NCBI GenBank assembly: GCA_050739415.1
Contig: JBOIBD010000001.1
Coordinates: 760-64,759 of the forward strand
Length of the DNA stretch: 64,000 bases
Origin: Gammaproteobacteria bacterium
Lineage (GTDB): Bacteria > Pseudomonadota > Gammaproteobacteria > Natronospirales > REEB76
Reading direction: 5' to 3'
Shown here: one piece after another, positions 1 to 10,210 of the stretch
How positions within the stretch are numbered: the first letter of the stretch is position 1
Layout of the letters: each line of letters begins with the position of its first letter
The notes under the pieces: generated by a model
Told to the model about the DNA's origin: nothing
The model's database searches: none
What the model saw: only the letters and a program-made list of their open reading frames with translations
Position numbers and translations under genes: made by a program

Positions 1-248
1 CCGTCACCGTGTGCACCGCCAATCCAGAAGCCACCCTTGCCGATGGAAGGATAAATAGCGTACCCGTAGGCCTGATCAAAAAATCGCTGCATGCTGGGAT
101 CACGCTGCTTGAAGCTCGCAATCGCGGCATTGACCTGGGGCGTCATAGTGTCGGCCTGCTCGTGGGTCACCGTGCCGCTGCCCGGCTGCCAACCGACACA
201 GGCGGCCAGTACTACCAAAGCCGCAAGCGACACACTCCGAAATATCAT
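1..248 (-). CDS. SYLF/Ysc84-like (DUF500) lipoprotein, N-terminal part (gene runs off the left edge)
   Basis: Hand translation of minus strand from ATG (complement of 246-248): MIFRSVSLAALVVLAACVGWQPGSGTVTHEQ...FFDQAYGYAIYPSIGKGGFWIGGAHGDG. Signal peptide with LAAC lipobox, then the GKGGF-x-GG motif typical of SYLF domains. Absent from ORF track because no stop lies in the window. Confidence 0.65.
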   Translation of the reverse strand, partial: MIFRSVSLAALVVLAACVGWQPGSGTVTHEQADTMTPQVNAAIASFKQRDPSMQRFFDQAYGYAIYPSIGKGGFWIGGAHGD

Positions 249-306
249 TCTGATTGGTGAAAACTGCATCATGATAAACACCTGCTTCTGCATCAAGGTT
301 AATGTT

Positions 307-654
307 TCAATTAAAAATGCGTCGCCATGGAACGAAATCACTCCTGTCGGCATCCGTTATCTCGACGCCAAGCAGGTAAGCATCGTCCTCTTGTGCCGGG
401 CGGCACCATCGGATTTCACCGCTCAAGTGAAAAGAATCACCATAGCCTTCGACATTGATAACGACATCAACATGCTCGCCGGGATGCAATTCTTTCTTGG
501 CACGGGCTTGGAATCCCGCGGCTGAAATATCCACGGTCTTGCAATACAAAACATTGTTGGCCGGGTCTTCATCCGTATTGTCCATCTTGCGTATCACAAC
601 GCGTTCTTCCCTGCGCAAGCGCGGAAATTTTCTGCGCTCCTCAGGTTTGCTCAT
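307..654 (-). CDS. PilZ domain protein (c-di-GMP receptor family)
   Basis: ORF 307..708(-) trimmed to ATG at 652-654 (MSKPEERRKFPRLRR...). Carries RxxxR (RRKFPR) and D-x-S-x-x-G (DISAAG) PilZ signatures. Confidence 0.75.
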   Translation of the reverse strand: MSKPEERRKFPRLRREERVVIRKMDNTDEDPANNVLYCKTVDISAAGFQARAKKELHPGEHVDVVINVEGYGDSFHLSGEIRWCRPAQEDDAYLLGVEITDADRSDFVPWRRIFN

Positions 655-863
655 GGTTTTTCTTCCAACATCAGGTGATTCCATTGTGTCTCCCGCCGGA
701 AGCCTCACCGCGGGATGCGGCCGGCACGCGTTTAAAGTAACGAATGCCGTCGATTACTGCAACTGGCTGCCACGCGAGCGGTGGAGACAGGTCGATTAAC
801 GCGATAAAATACGCTCATCGGCGCGGCTGTGCTCCTGTCAGCTGCCTCCCTTCCCGAAAAGGC

Positions 864-1796
864 ATGTTCGTGGTTACCCAATATCCTGCGTATATCTGGC
901 ACAACGGCAAAATCAAGCCCTGGGCCGAGGCGACTACCCATGTGATGGCTCACGCGCTGCACTACGGCTCATCGGTGTTCGAAGGCCTCCGCAGCTACCC
1001 GACACCGAAAGGCGTGGTTATTTTCCGGCTGGCGGATCATATGAAACGCCTGTTCAATTCTGCGAAAATCTACGACATTCCTATGCCCTATGATAAGGCG
1101 ACGCTTACCGCGGCCTGTCGTGAAGTGGTGCGCGTCAACAATCTCAAAAAAGCCTACATCCGCCCTATCGTATTTCGCGGTGCTGGTAATCAGGGTGCCA
1201 GCCTGAGTGCGGTAACCCCCACCGAGGTGGCCGTGGGTGCTTGGGAATTAGGCAGTTATCTGGGTAATGACGTGATCGAGAAAGGCATAGATGCCTGCGT
1301 CTCATCCTGGCAGCGTCCCGCGCCCAACACGATACCCGCCGGCGCCAAGGCCGGCGGCAATTATCTTTCCGGTCAATTGATCGCCCGCGAAGCCCGGCGG
1401 TTGGGTTTCGGCGAAGGTATCGCGCTGGCCAGCAGCGGCTTGCTCTCGGAAGGTGCCGGCGAGAATCTGTTTCTGGTGTTCAACGAAACATTGCACACCA
1501 CGCCGGTAAGTGCTGCCATCCTCAGCGGCATCACGCGTGATTCACTCATGCGGCTCGCGCGGGGTACGGGTATTGAGGTGGTGGAACGGGAGCTGCCGCG
1601 CGAATATCTGTATCTGGCAGACGAAGTGTTCATGTGCGGCACCGCTGCAGAGATCACACCCATCCGCTCGGTGGATGGTAAACCCGTGGCCGACGGCAAA
1701 CCGGGACCAGTTACACGCAAAATGCAGCAATTATTTTTTGGCTTATTCGAGGGCCGCACACCAGACAAATATCATTGGTTGGAACCGGTCGAATAA
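864..1796 (+). CDS. ilvE: branched-chain-amino-acid aminotransferase
   Basis: ORF 744..1796 trimmed to ATG 864 (MFVVTQYPAYIWHNGKIKPWAEATTHVMAHALHYGSSVFEGLRSY...). 310 aa, class IV aminotransferase pattern, same length class as E. coli IlvE. Confidence 0.93.
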   Translation: MFVVTQYPAYIWHNGKIKPWAEATTHVMAHALHYGSSVFEGLRSYPTPKGVVIFRLADHMKRLFNSAKIYDIPMPYDKATLTAACREVVRVNNLKKAYIRPIVFRGAGNQGASLSAVTPTEVAVGAWELGSYLGNDVIEKGIDACVSSWQRPAPNTIPAGAKAGGNYLSGQLIAREARRLGFGEGIALASSGLLSEGAGENLFLVFNETLHTTPVSAAILSGITRDSLMRLARGTGIEVVERELPREYLYLADEVFMCGTAAEITPIRSVDGKPVADGKPGPVTRKMQQLFFGLFEGRTPDKYHWLEPVE

Positions 1797-1823
1797 GCGC
1801 GCGTCGTACTATGGAATCAATCG

Positions 1824-2201
1824 ATGAGTGAAAGCGCCACGTCCAACCAAAGAGACCTGCTGTCCACACCGCTGACGCGGCTGCTCTTTTGGTTGCCTTG
1901 GGTGTTGGTACTGATAGGCTGCTTCATCGACGGTGTGACCCGTACGGTACTGTGGACCATTGGCTTTGGCGTGGCCGGTGCAGCTTGCCTGGAAAACCTC
2001 CGTCGTTGCGGGCGGCGATACTGCTTGTACGCTGGTCCGCTATACATCCTGGCAGCGCTCGCTTCCCTACTGTATGGCCTGCGTGTTCTACCGCTCGGCG
2101 TGTACGGTTGGCTCTGGATACTCGGCATCACAGTGGTGGCAAGTCTGTTCTTCGGCTTTGTCCTGGAAAAGAAGCTGGGCAAATACACCGGCTCCCAGTG
2201 A
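1824..2201 (+). CDS. small integral membrane protein, unknown function
   Basis: ATG 1824, 125 aa, 27 nt after ilvE stop. Several hydrophobic helices (LLFWLPWVLVLIGCFI, VLWTIGFGVAGAACL, WLWILGITVVASLFFGFVL) and a Cys-rich loop LRRCGRRYC. No family recognised. Confidence 0.55.
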   Translation: MSESATSNQRDLLSTPLTRLLFWLPWVLVLIGCFIDGVTRTVLWTIGFGVAGAACLENLRRCGRRYCLYAGPLYILAALASLLYGLRVLPLGVYGWLWILGITVVASLFFGFVLEKKLGKYTGSQ

Positions 2202-2294
2202 CTCTGGTTTTCCGGATTACTTTCCGCATGGGATCGCGAACGAATGCTGCGCCCATGTTGTCGATGGTCACACAATTTTGACGGATCCCGATAT

Positions 2295-2960
2295 TCACGG
2301 ATGCTTGCGTGCCAGCGTCAGGCCATCTCCAATGGGCAACACGCTGAGCTCAATACGCCGATCTGCGTGCAAAGTTTCGTTAAATTTGCGTATGGCGACG
2401 GTATCCTCGCTCTTGTCCTTCTTGTCTATCACGCTTCCGCTCCACAATACGTTGTCCACTGCAACGACGCCGCCGGGGCGCAGCAGCTTGATCACCCGTT
2501 CGTAATAATTCAAGTAATTGCTCTTATCCGCGTCTATGAAAGCGAAATCGTAGCGTCCCTGTTCGCCGTGCTTGAGCATTGCATCCAGCGTCTCCGTCGC
2601 CGGTGCCAGACGTAGCTCGATCTTGCGCTCCACTCCCGCCTCCTTCCAGTAACGCCGTGCCACGGCAGTGAATTCTTCGCTCACATCGCAGGCAATGATG
2701 CGGCCTTCGTCCGGCAGCGCCAACGCTACCGACAGACTGCTGTAACCGGTGAATACACCGACCTCGATGCAGCGGTTGGCCCCCATCAATCGCACTAACA
2801 GGCGCATGAACTGGCCCTGCTCAGGTGAGATTTGCATACCGTGCTTGGGATGTTTCGCGGTTTCCTCCCGCAGTCGCTTGAGGATTGGTGGCTCCCGCAG
2901 GGAGACTTTCAACAGGTACTCGTAAAGCTGATCGGTCATGGAGATGGTACGATTGGACAT
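2295..2960 (-). CDS. class I SAM-dependent O-methyltransferase (caffeoyl-CoA OMT-like family 3)
   Basis: ORF 2295..2984(-) opens with TTG; first ATG at 2960 gives 221 aa (MSNRTISMTDQLYEYLLKVSLREPPILKRLREET...). SAM-binding EVGVFTGYS and DADK / DNVLW motifs. Start could also be 2939. Confidence 0.85.
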   Translation of the reverse strand: MSNRTISMTDQLYEYLLKVSLREPPILKRLREETAKHPKHGMQISPEQGQFMRLLVRLMGANRCIEVGVFTGYSSLSVALALPDEGRIIACDVSEEFTAVARRYWKEAGVERKIELRLAPATETLDAMLKHGEQGRYDFAFIDADKSNYLNYYERVIKLLRPGGVVAVDNVLWSGSVIDKKDKSEDTVAIRKFNETLHADRRIELSVLPIGDGLTLARKHP

Positions 2961-2983
2961 GGACTGCACCGCGTTAGTAACCA

Positions 2984-3748
2984 ATGTGTGCTGATTCTAC
3001 TCCCGTCCGCTTACTGCAGATTACCGATACGCATCTGTTCGCGGAGTCGGACAAAACGCTCTACGGTGTCAACACACGGGAATCCTTGCGACATGTGCTG
3101 AATGCCGCGATGCGACATCCCAAGCCCGATTTGGTATTGGCCACCGGTGACCTGGTACACGATGAGTCACCCGCAGGCTACAGTGCCTTATCCGACATGC
3201 TGCAAAGCCTGAACGCGCCGGTGGCCGCCATCGCCGGCAACCATGACGCACTCACTCCCTTGCAATCGATCACCAACCCGCAAATTCATGTGGGAGGCGT
3301 ACACACGCTTGGCGCCTGGCAGATCATCTTGCTGAATACGCTGGCATCAGGGAAAGTCGGTGGTCACCTCGACGAGGCTGAATTGGAATTCCTGGAAACC
3401 GCACTGGCACATGCGCAGATGTTCAATGTGCTGATAGCCTTGCATCATCACCCCGTATCCATCGGAAGCGCCTGGTTGGATCGCATCGCGCTCGACAACG
3501 CTGGTGAATTCTTCGAGGTTGTGGACCGCTTCGACAACGTGCGCGGTATACTCTGGGGCCACGTTCACCAGGCCTTTGAATCGGAACGCAAAGGAATACG
3601 GCTGCTGGCGACGCCTTCCACCTGCGTTCAGTTCCTGCCGGGTTCGGAAAAATTTGCTACTGACAACAAGCCGCCCGGCATGCGCTGGCTGACGTTGCAT
3701 GCGAATGGCCGTTTCGACACAGAGGTTGAGCGGATACAAAACCTGTAA
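2984..3748 (+). CDS. cpdA: 3',5'-cyclic-nucleotide phosphodiesterase (metallophosphoesterase)
   Basis: 254 aa with calcineurin-like phosphoesterase motifs ITDTHL, GDLVHD, GNHD, HHHP, GHVH in CpdA order. Confidence 0.85.
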   Translation: MCADSTPVRLLQITDTHLFAESDKTLYGVNTRESLRHVLNAAMRHPKPDLVLATGDLVHDESPAGYSALSDMLQSLNAPVAAIAGNHDALTPLQSITNPQIHVGGVHTLGAWQIILLNTLASGKVGGHLDEAELEFLETALAHAQMFNVLIALHHHPVSIGSAWLDRIALDNAGEFFEVVDRFDNVRGILWGHVHQAFESERKGIRLLATPSTCVQFLPGSEKFATDNKPPGMRWLTLHANGRFDTEVERIQNL

Positions 3749-3801
3749 GATACGTTCATGCCACCGCTATACTCTCTTTTCCATATGATCAGATCCCAAA
3801 A

Positions 3802-4746
3802 ATGAAACAGATCATACGTACTTTCTTGTTTCTACTTGGCGCGATTGCAACTACCGCTGCATACGCAACCGGTATCACTCCAGCCATTACACCTGCGCCA
3901 AGCAGCAACACCTCGATCGCAGCGGCTGCATCCAGCATTCCTGCGCATCATTTCCTGTGGCGCATCAGCCGCGGACACGAGAGCCTGTATCTGGTCGGTT
4001 CAATCCACGCGCTCAACCCGGACGATTACCCGCTGCCGGGGGAGATGGAAGCTGATTTCGCCCATTCAACAGCGTTGGTTGAAGAAATCAATCTCACCAT
4101 GGTGGATCCGGCCAGCGTGAATCAAGAAGCACTGAGAATGGGCGCCTTCCCGAGGGGTAAATCCCTGCGAACTGAACTGTCGCCCGTGGTTTATCAGCAA
4201 GTGGCGGCTGGCGCGCAAAAGCTCGGAATCGACATGGCGCGGCTGGACCGCTTGCGCCCGTGGCTGGGCAGCATCGCCGTACTGCAGATGCAACTGACCC
4301 GAGCGGGATTCCATGCGAGTGACGGCGTGGATCATCATTTCGCCGACGAAGCACAAATGATGGGCAAGCGTGTCATTGGCCTGGAGACGCCCCATTACCA
4401 GCTCGAACTGCTGGCACGGCTACCCGATAAAGTTCAACAAGACATGTTGCTGGAATCCCTGAGTGAAGCCGAACATTTCGAAGCGGAAATGCATGCCCTC
4501 ATTACGGCTTGGGAGAATGGAGATACGGGGGCATTAGAGAAAATCATGCTACAGGATTTCAAAAACTATCCGCTGGCCTACAAATTGCTGATCGCGGATC
4601 GCAACCGTACCTGGATGCCGCGGCTGGAACGATTGTTGCGTAGCGGCCGGCGGTATTTCGTTGTGGTAGGCGCGTTGCACATGGTGGGTCCGGACGGCCT
4701 GCTCGCACACTTTGAAAAAGCTGGATACAAGGTAGAGCAATTATAA
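3802..4746 (+). CDS. TraB/GumN family protein, secreted
   Basis: 314 aa; N-terminal signal peptide (FLFLLGAIATTAAYA) and the family-typical LWRISRGHESLYLVGSIHAL block. Confidence 0.75.
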   Translation: MKQIIRTFLFLLGAIATTAAYATGITPAITPAPSSNTSIAAAASSIPAHHFLWRISRGHESLYLVGSIHALNPDDYPLPGEMEADFAHSTALVEEINLTMVDPASVNQEALRMGAFPRGKSLRTELSPVVYQQVAAGAQKLGIDMARLDRLRPWLGSIAVLQMQLTRAGFHASDGVDHHFADEAQMMGKRVIGLETPHYQLELLARLPDKVQQDMLLESLSEAEHFEAEMHALITAWENGDTGALEKIMLQDFKNYPLAYKLLIADRNRTWMPRLERLLRSGRRYFVVVGALHMVGPDGLLAHFEKAGYKVEQL

Positions 4747-4853
4747 AAAGATACGGCATGCAAAGAATGTTGCCGTTATCTCAGATTTGCGGATAGCAGA
4801 CGTTCCTTAGGGGAACCAGTTAAGTAATTCGTTTCTCAAAAACATGGATACGT

Positions 4854-5825
4854 ATGATAATTTCCTTGGACGCAAAGAGGGTGATTGGTCTAACTATTTC
4901 CATAATACTTGTTGTATCAGGGTTGTTTGGCTGTTCACAAACACCTAAAACGCCGGCTGAGTTGAAGAAATCCGCGATTGAATGCATGCGCAATCAGGAT
5001 TTTGAGTGTGCGGAAGAAGACTGGCAAGCCTATTCCCGCCTGCGCCCGAATGACGGAAACGCCTTGGCCAGTTTAGGCATCGTTCAAAACCATCGTGGTG
5101 AAGATAAGCAAGCCGTGGCGCAATTCCAGAAAGCGATCTCACTCGGTGAGGGCACTTACGATCTGTTCTATTATTACGCGGATAGCCTCGCTAATCTCGG
5201 CAAGACGGACGATGCGATAGATTGGTACTACAAGACGCTCGACGTGGTTCCCTCCTTGGTTGATGCCCGCGGTAACCTGGCAAAGCTGCTTGTTCAGAAG
5301 AAGCGCTACTTTGAGGCTCTGGCATTACTCGCATCGTTCGACAATCACCTAATCGCGATGGGTCAGTCGCCTTATTTCGATGGCCAGCGTATTGCGATCG
5401 AATCGGACATACAACAAGCTAATCCTAAAGAATTTGAGGAGAAAACCCAGCTCAGATTGTCGAAGACCTACGGTAACTTTTACGCACCGGTCAGCCTAGG
5501 TCAATCGCGCGTGACCGCCTTTATGGTTGATACCGGTGCGACAGTGTCTGCCGTCAATGACAAATTCTTGCAGAAATCAAAAGCTAAATACGAGGTCATA
5601 CACTCGCCGGTGTACGCACAGACCGCTGATGGCCGGCGAATTCTGGCGCGTCTGATTAATATCGACTCGATGAAGGTAGGGGCCTTCAATCTCAAGAATG
5701 TTATGGCGCTTGATTGTTCTGATTGTCAGTTATTGTTGGGCCAGAAAACCCTATCAAAATTCGACATTTCTTCTAGCAAAATTGAAGGCGTGGAATTTTT
5801 AACGCTGAGGCTACGGAAACTTTAA
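4854..5825 (+). CDS. TPR-repeat lipoprotein with C-terminal retropepsin-like (clan AA) aspartic protease domain
   Basis: 323 aa; lipobox LFGC; TPR-like helical repeats; C-terminal FMVDTGATVSAV (D-T-G-A catalytic motif) as in TIGR02281-type bacterial retropepsins. Confidence 0.75.
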   Translation: MIISLDAKRVIGLTISIILVVSGLFGCSQTPKTPAELKKSAIECMRNQDFECAEEDWQAYSRLRPNDGNALASLGIVQNHRGEDKQAVAQFQKAISLGEGTYDLFYYYADSLANLGKTDDAIDWYYKTLDVVPSLVDARGNLAKLLVQKKRYFEALALLASFDNHLIAMGQSPYFDGQRIAIESDIQQANPKEFEEKTQLRLSKTYGNFYAPVSLGQSRVTAFMVDTGATVSAVNDKFLQKSKAKYEVIHSPVYAQTADGRRILARLINIDSMKVGAFNLKNVMALDCSDCQLLLGQKTLSKFDISSSKIEGVEFLTLRLRKL

Positions 5826-5893
5826 GTGTATGGGCGCTATATTGTGAGATATCTTCATGTTATGGAAACTCTAGATTCATTTCATTTCTGTTG

Positions 5894-5916
5894 CTCCCGC
5901 GAAAGCGGGAACCCAG
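5894..5916. repeat. REP-like hairpin repeat, family 1 (TCCCGC-GAAA-GCGGGA core)
   Basis: ctcccgcgaaagcgggaacccag. Same core as copies at 15809-15836, 24052-24078 and 27886-27911, plus a degenerate copy at 20023-20048. A second hairpin cccagc-ttta-gctggg lies at 5936-5951. Confidence 0.7.
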
Positions 5917-6023
5917 AAAGATCAAACCCCCGGATCCCAGCTTTAGCTGGGTGGTAACGAATTTATCAGAGGTTCCTTGGCTCATTTTTTTGTTCTTCTA
6001 ACGCCTCATCCCTCACCTCTTTG

Positions 6024-6188
6024 TTATATCTCGATCATCTCAAAGTCTTCCTTGCCAGAGCCGCAATCTGGACAATGCCAGCTGATCGGCACATCTTCCC
6101 ATTTCGTGCCTGGAGGTATGCCGCTCTCCGGATGGCCTTTGGCCTCCTCGTAGACGAATCCACAAATAACGCACATAAAGGATTTCAT
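6024..6188 (-). CDS. rubredoxin
   Basis: ORF 6024..6224(-) trimmed to ATG 6188 preceded by AGGA. 54 aa MKSFMCVICGFVYEE...WHCPDCGSGKEDFEMIEI with the two CxxCG iron-binding knuckles. Confidence 0.92.
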   Translation of the reverse strand: MKSFMCVICGFVYEEAKGHPESGIPPGTKWEDVPISWHCPDCGSGKEDFEMIEI

Positions 6189-6316
6189 CGTTATCCTGTT
6201 AGCAACTGGCTCTGTAACGATCATGTCTGGTGACTCGCATGAATTTTCGACTTGTAGTAGTTATATTTTCGCACGCAAATCCCGGCGGTGGAACCCGTCC
6301 GGGGTAAAATTCATGC

Positions 6317-7105
6317 ATGCATGCGTCCACCTCGCCACCCGTGGTACTGATCATCGCCGGTAACGACCCCTCAGGTGGCGCCGGTCTTGCGGCGGACATG
6401 CAAGCAGTGACCGCGCTCGGCGCACATCCGGCGCCGGTGATATCAGCAATCACCGTACAAGATACGGTGAATGCCATGCGCGTGGAGGCAATCCAGCCGC
6501 AACTTGTTGTACAGCAAGCAGAAGCTGTGTTGGCGGACATGCCGGTAGCCGCCATCAAGCTGGGATTGCTGGCCAATACCGGCATCGGCGAGGCCGTGGC
6601 GCAGATGCTGCGCGCTCATGGCGAAATCCCCGTGGTGCTGGATCCAGTACTGATTGCAGGCGGCGGTGCGTCACTCGCGGAAGAAGCACTGATCAGAGTG
6701 TACCTGGAACTATTGCTACCGCTCGCAGCCATTGTCACGCCGAATGCATATGAAAGCGGCCGGCTGGCACCGCAAGGCACCGACGCAAAATCACGCGCAG
6801 CTGCATTGCTGGCACGCGGCTGCCAGCATGTGCTCATCAAGGGTGCTGATGAAGATACTGTTGATGTACAAAATTTCCTGCTCAACCATGATGGAACGCA
6901 AAAAAGTTTCTCCTGGCCTCGGCTGCCCGGCAAGCATCATGGTTCCGGTTGCACCCTGGCATCTGCCATCGCCGCTCTGATTGCCAGACACTACTCACCA
7001 CTCGAAGCAATTGAACAGGCCCAGCGCTACACCTGGGATGCCTTGAAACAGGGTTGGCGACTGGGCAAGGGTCAAATCATTCCAAATCGTCAAATCAAGC
7101 CATGA
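6317..7105 (+). CDS. thiD: hydroxymethylpyrimidine/phosphomethylpyrimidine kinase
   Basis: 262 aa, VVLIIAGNDPSGGAGLAADMQ N-terminus and GSGCTLASAIAA C-terminal motif typical of ThiD. Three nested ATGs (6313/6317/6321); 6317 is in frame. Confidence 0.9.
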   Translation: MHASTSPPVVLIIAGNDPSGGAGLAADMQAVTALGAHPAPVISAITVQDTVNAMRVEAIQPQLVVQQAEAVLADMPVAAIKLGLLANTGIGEAVAQMLRAHGEIPVVLDPVLIAGGGASLAEEALIRVYLELLLPLAAIVTPNAYESGRLAPQGTDAKSRAAALLARGCQHVLIKGADEDTVDVQNFLLNHDGTQKSFSWPRLPGKHHGSGCTLASAIAALIARHYSPLEAIEQAQRYTWDALKQGWRLGKGQIIPNRQIKP

Positions 7106-7734
7106 GTGCCTACAGCCGAACACTGCGGGGCTTGTACGCGATCACTGACAGCCAACTGACACCTGAGGAAAAGCTGCTGCCTGCGGTGGAGGCCGTCATT
7201 CGCGGCGGTGCGTGCCTGGTGCAATACCGCGACAAGTCCAATGAGAAAGCACGTCGTGAACGCGAAACCCGGGCACTGCTGCAACTGTGTCACGATCACG
7301 ATGTACCGTTGATCATCAACGACGACGTGAACCTCGCAGCTGTCATCGGTGCCGACGGCGTGCATCTTGGCCGAGACGACACATCGTTCCAGGAAGCACG
7401 GGTGCAACTTGGGCCGCGCGCCGTCATCGGTGTATCGTGCTACGGTTCATTGGAACAGGCTGTGGATGCAGTCCACGCCGGCGCGGATTACGTAGCCTTC
7501 GGCAACTTCTTCCTCTCGCCTACGAAACCCGAGGCAGTGTCTGCGTCGCTTTCCATATTGAGGGAAGCACGTCAGCAACTAAATGTGCCCACCTGCGCCA
7601 TCGGCGGCATTACTCCAGATAATGGCGGGATAGTAATCAATGCTGGAGCAGATATGCTAGCTGCCATCAGTGGGCTGTTCGCCCAGGATGATATCGAAGC
7701 TGCCGCGCGCCGCTATGCGCGGCTGTTTCAATGA
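7102..7734 (+). CDS. thiE: thiamine-phosphate synthase
   Basis: ORF 7054..7734 trimmed to ATG 7102, forming an ATGA overlap with the thiD stop. LRGLYAITDS start and AIGGIT C-terminal motif typical of ThiE; 210 aa. Confidence 0.88.
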   Translation: MSAYSRTLRGLYAITDSQLTPEEKLLPAVEAVIRGGACLVQYRDKSNEKARRERETRALLQLCHDHDVPLIINDDVNLAAVIGADGVHLGRDDTSFQEARVQLGPRAVIGVSCYGSLEQAVDAVHAGADYVAFGNFFLSPTKPEAVSASLSILREARQQLNVPTCAIGGITPDNGGIVINAGADMLAAISGLFAQDDIEAAARRYARLFQ

Positions 7735-7748
7735 ACTGCTGCCGTCAA

Positions 7749-7820
7749 TTGTGGGAGCGATGGTCTCCATCACGATTCCTCACTTTCAGAATCGCGGCGA
7801 GTATCGCCGTTCCTACAAAA
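7749..7820. repeat. palindromic intergenic repeat, family 2 (TGTRGGAGCG...CGCCGYTCCTACA)
   Basis: ttgtgggagcgatggtctccatcacgat...atcgcggcgagtatcgccgttcctacaaaa. Homologous to the copy at 18068-18129 (ttgtaggagcggtcgtctcgaccgcgat...cgcggcggataccgccgctcctacaaaa). Confidence 0.75.
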
Positions 7821-7844
7821 TGCTTAAATAATCAGGATTAGTGT

Positions 7845-9128
7845 ATGCCAGACAATCTATTCGCTGAAGCCCAACGCTATATTTCCGGCGGTGTGAATTC
7901 GCCGGTGCGCGCCTTCAAAGGCGTCGGTGGCGAGCCGATTTTCATCTCCCGTGCAGAAGGTGCGCACCTGTATGACGTCACTGGACGACGCTACATTGAT
8001 TACGTGGGCTCCTGGGGACCGATGATCGCGGGACACGCCCATCCGCAGGTGGTGCGCGCCGTGCAAGACGCAGCAAAAAACGGCTTGAGTTTTGGCGCGC
8101 CCACGGAACTAGAAACACAACTCGCGAAGCGCATCTGCGAATTCATGCCGTCCATCGAATTGCTCCGCATGGTGAATTCCGGCACCGAAGCCGCTATGAG
8201 CGCCATTCGCCTGGCACGCGGATTCACCGGACGCGACCGGATCGTGAAATTCGAGGGTGGTTATCACGGCCATTCGGATGCGCTGTTGGTGAAAGCCGGT
8301 TCCGGCGCCCTGACATTCGACGTGCCCAGCTCGCCGGGCGTGCCAGCGGCGCTCGCCGCGCTTACGCTCACCTTGCCCTACAACGATAGCGACGCAGCAC
8401 GCGCGGCATTCAAACAATGCGGCCGGGAGATCGCTTGCGTGATCGTCGAACCGGTTGCCGGCAACATGAATTGCGTGCCGCCGCTACCGGGTTTTCTTGA
8501 AACCCTTCGCGAGTTGTGCACACGACACAGCAGCGTACTCATTTTCGATGAAGTGATGACCGGCTTCCGCGTGGCGCGCGGTGGAGCTCAGGCGCTGTAC
8601 AACATCAAACCCGATCTCACCACGCTCGGCAAGATCATCGGCGGCGGTTTACCGGTGGGCGCCTTCGGCGGTCGGCGCGACATCATGGAGAAACTCACGC
8701 CGCTTGGTCCGGTATATCAGGCAGGAACACTGTCGGGTAATCCTTTGGGCATGACAGCAGGGCTCGCAACTTTGAAGCTGCTCGATGCGCCGGGTTTCTA
8801 CGAGAAACTGGAGAGCCATACCAACAGACTCGCGGAAGGGCTGCGTGCCGCCGCAAAGGCGGCCGGCATTCCGTTCACTGTCAATCAGCTGTGTGGCATG
8901 TTCGGCTTCTTCTTTACCGACACATCGAACGTAAGTAATTACGCCCAAGTCACCCGCTGCGATGTGGAACGCTTCAAACAGTTTTTCCACAGCATGCTGG
9001 CTGAAGGTATATATCTTGCACCCTCCGCATTTGAAGCTTGTTTCCTGTCAAGCGCACATACGTCGACCGACCTGGACGCAACCGTGGCTGCGGCACGCAA
9101 GGTATTCAAATCACTGGCGCAAATGTAA
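7845..9128 (+). CDS. hemL: glutamate-1-semialdehyde 2,1-aminomutase
   Basis: 427 aa; [11 protein letters not shown]-terminal motif and PLP-lysine context [12 protein letters not shown], full-length HemL pattern. Confidence 0.95.
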   Translation: MPDNLFAEAQRYISGGVNSPVRAFKGVGGEPIFISRAEGAHLYDVTGRRYIDYVGSWGPMIAGHAHPQVVRAVQDAAKNGLSFGAPTELETQLAKRICEFMPSIELLRMVNSGTEAAMSAIRLARGFTGRDRIVKFEGGYHGHSDALLVKAGSGALTFDVPSSPGVPAALAALTLTLPYNDSDAARAAFKQCGREIACVIVEPVAGNMNCVPPLPGFLETLRELCTRHSSVLIFDEVMTGFRVARGGAQALYNIKPDLTTLGKIIGGGLPVGAFGGRRDIMEKLTPLGPVYQAGTLSGNPLGMTAGLATLKLLDAPGFYEKLESHTNRLAEGLRAAAKAAGIPFTVNQLCGMFGFFFTDTSNVSNYAQVTRCDVERFKQFFHSMLAEGIYLAPSAFEACFLSSAHTSTDLDATVAAARKVFKSLAQM

Positions 9129-9144
9129 CACGTCTACGGCAGCT

Positions 9145-9741
9145 CTATTTGCCGGTCTGTTCATGCAATAGTGTGCCGATGATATCCAGCCGCATACGTG
9201 CATCCGAGATCTCCAGAAGATTCTGCTGCTGGGTGATTGGCAGCGGCAATACTTCTGCCAGGCGGCAGCCGACCCAAGTCGCATCCTCATAGGCAGGTGT
9301 GACCATCGCATACCGATCCTGCATGTTCGCGAGCACCTGGCGTAGAAATTCAGCCAGCGGCTTTGCGTTATCTGGCAACGGTACCGCAGGCTCATCCGGC
9401 AGCCACTCCACCTCGCCGAGATTCAAGCCATCGTGCTGCACGCGCAGACGCGTCACTCTGAAACGCCTTTCGCCCAGCGCCATGATGTTGAGCAGTCCGT
9501 CCGGACCATTGCTCCAGTCATGGATCAGCGCCAGTGTGCCTACGGTGTAGGTGTGTGCCGGGCCGGTCTCGCTGCCCTGCTCAATGAGGCACACGCCAAA
9601 ACCAGCTTCCTGTTTCAGGCAACGACTCACCATGTCGAGATAGCGGGTCTCAAAAATACGCAGCGGCAAGGGGCCACCTGGGTATAGGACGGTGTTCAGT
9701 GGGAAGAGAGGGATTTTGTCCACGCCGAACAGCGTCCTCAA
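9145..9741 (-). CDS. LON peptidase substrate-binding (Lon N-terminal) domain protein
   Basis: 198 aa; IPLFPLNTVLYPGGPLPLRIFETRYLDMV is the canonical LON-N start. Initiator is TTG at 9741 (alternative GTG at 9723). Confidence 0.8.
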   Translation of the reverse strand: MRTLFGVDKIPLFPLNTVLYPGGPLPLRIFETRYLDMVSRCLKQEAGFGVCLIEQGSETGPAHTYTVGTLALIHDWSNGPDGLLNIMALGERRFRVTRLRVQHDGLNLGEVEWLPDEPAVPLPDNAKPLAEFLRQVLANMQDRYAMVTPAYEDATWVGCRLAEVLPLPITQQQNLLEISDARMRLDIIGTLLHEQTGK

Positions 9742-9749
9742 GCCGCCAC

Positions 9750-10142
9750 TTAGCCAGCGGCTGCAAAATTTAATTCGATCCCAATACCAGCTGGATCGCG
9801 AAGAAATATCTGCACCTGATTCAAGTGCGGCACTTCGGCCAACTCATATTCGATGCCACGTGCCTTGAGACGCTCAATGGCCTGAGGCAAGTGTTCGCAC
9901 TGCAAGGCAACGTGACTAAACCAACCAGTCTGCTGTGATTCAAATTTTGAATCTGTGTCTGGATTGAATCCCGTCAGATGCAACAAAGGCTTATCACCCG
10001 CGTACAGCCAATACCCGGAGGAACGGAATGCCGGTCTGAAACCTACTCTGAGACCAAGAACATCTGTATAGAATGCAGTGAGTTCTTGCAGAAAGGAGAT
10101 TGGTACACGAATGTTGTAATGGTCGAGACCAGTAATTCTCAT
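9750..10142 (-). CDS. VOC (glyoxalase/bleomycin-resistance/dioxygenase) family protein
   Basis: 130 aa; MRITGLDHYNIRV...VLGL...HVALQC...IFLRDPAGIGIEL pattern of single-domain VOC proteins. Confidence 0.8.
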   Translation of the reverse strand: MRITGLDHYNIRVPISFLQELTAFYTDVLGLRVGFRPAFRSSGYWLYAGDKPLLHLTGFNPDTDSKFESQQTGWFSHVALQCEHLPQAIERLKARGIEYELAEVPHLNQVQIFLRDPAGIGIELNFAAAG

Positions 10143-10210
10143 CAGTATCTCCTTTATCCCTCAACCCGCTTTTCCCTGAGAGGGAGAAGAAACCATGTTG
10201 TGGAATCCAT

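Noticed and set aside
744-863. 5' extensions in the ORF track for ilvE and many other genes (hppA, hldE, pcm-like, TPR genes, OMF etc.)
   Set aside because: The extensions lack homology-like sequence and ribosome-binding sites. Internal ATGs preceded by Shine-Dalgarno-like purine runs give N-termini that match the expected family starts or signal peptides, so I trimmed the starts accordingly.
6189-6316. Possible second TPP riboswitch upstream of thiD-thiE
   Set aside because: No CUGAGA, ACCTGA or GCGTAGGGAA blocks on either strand; only thiC carries a THI-box in this window.
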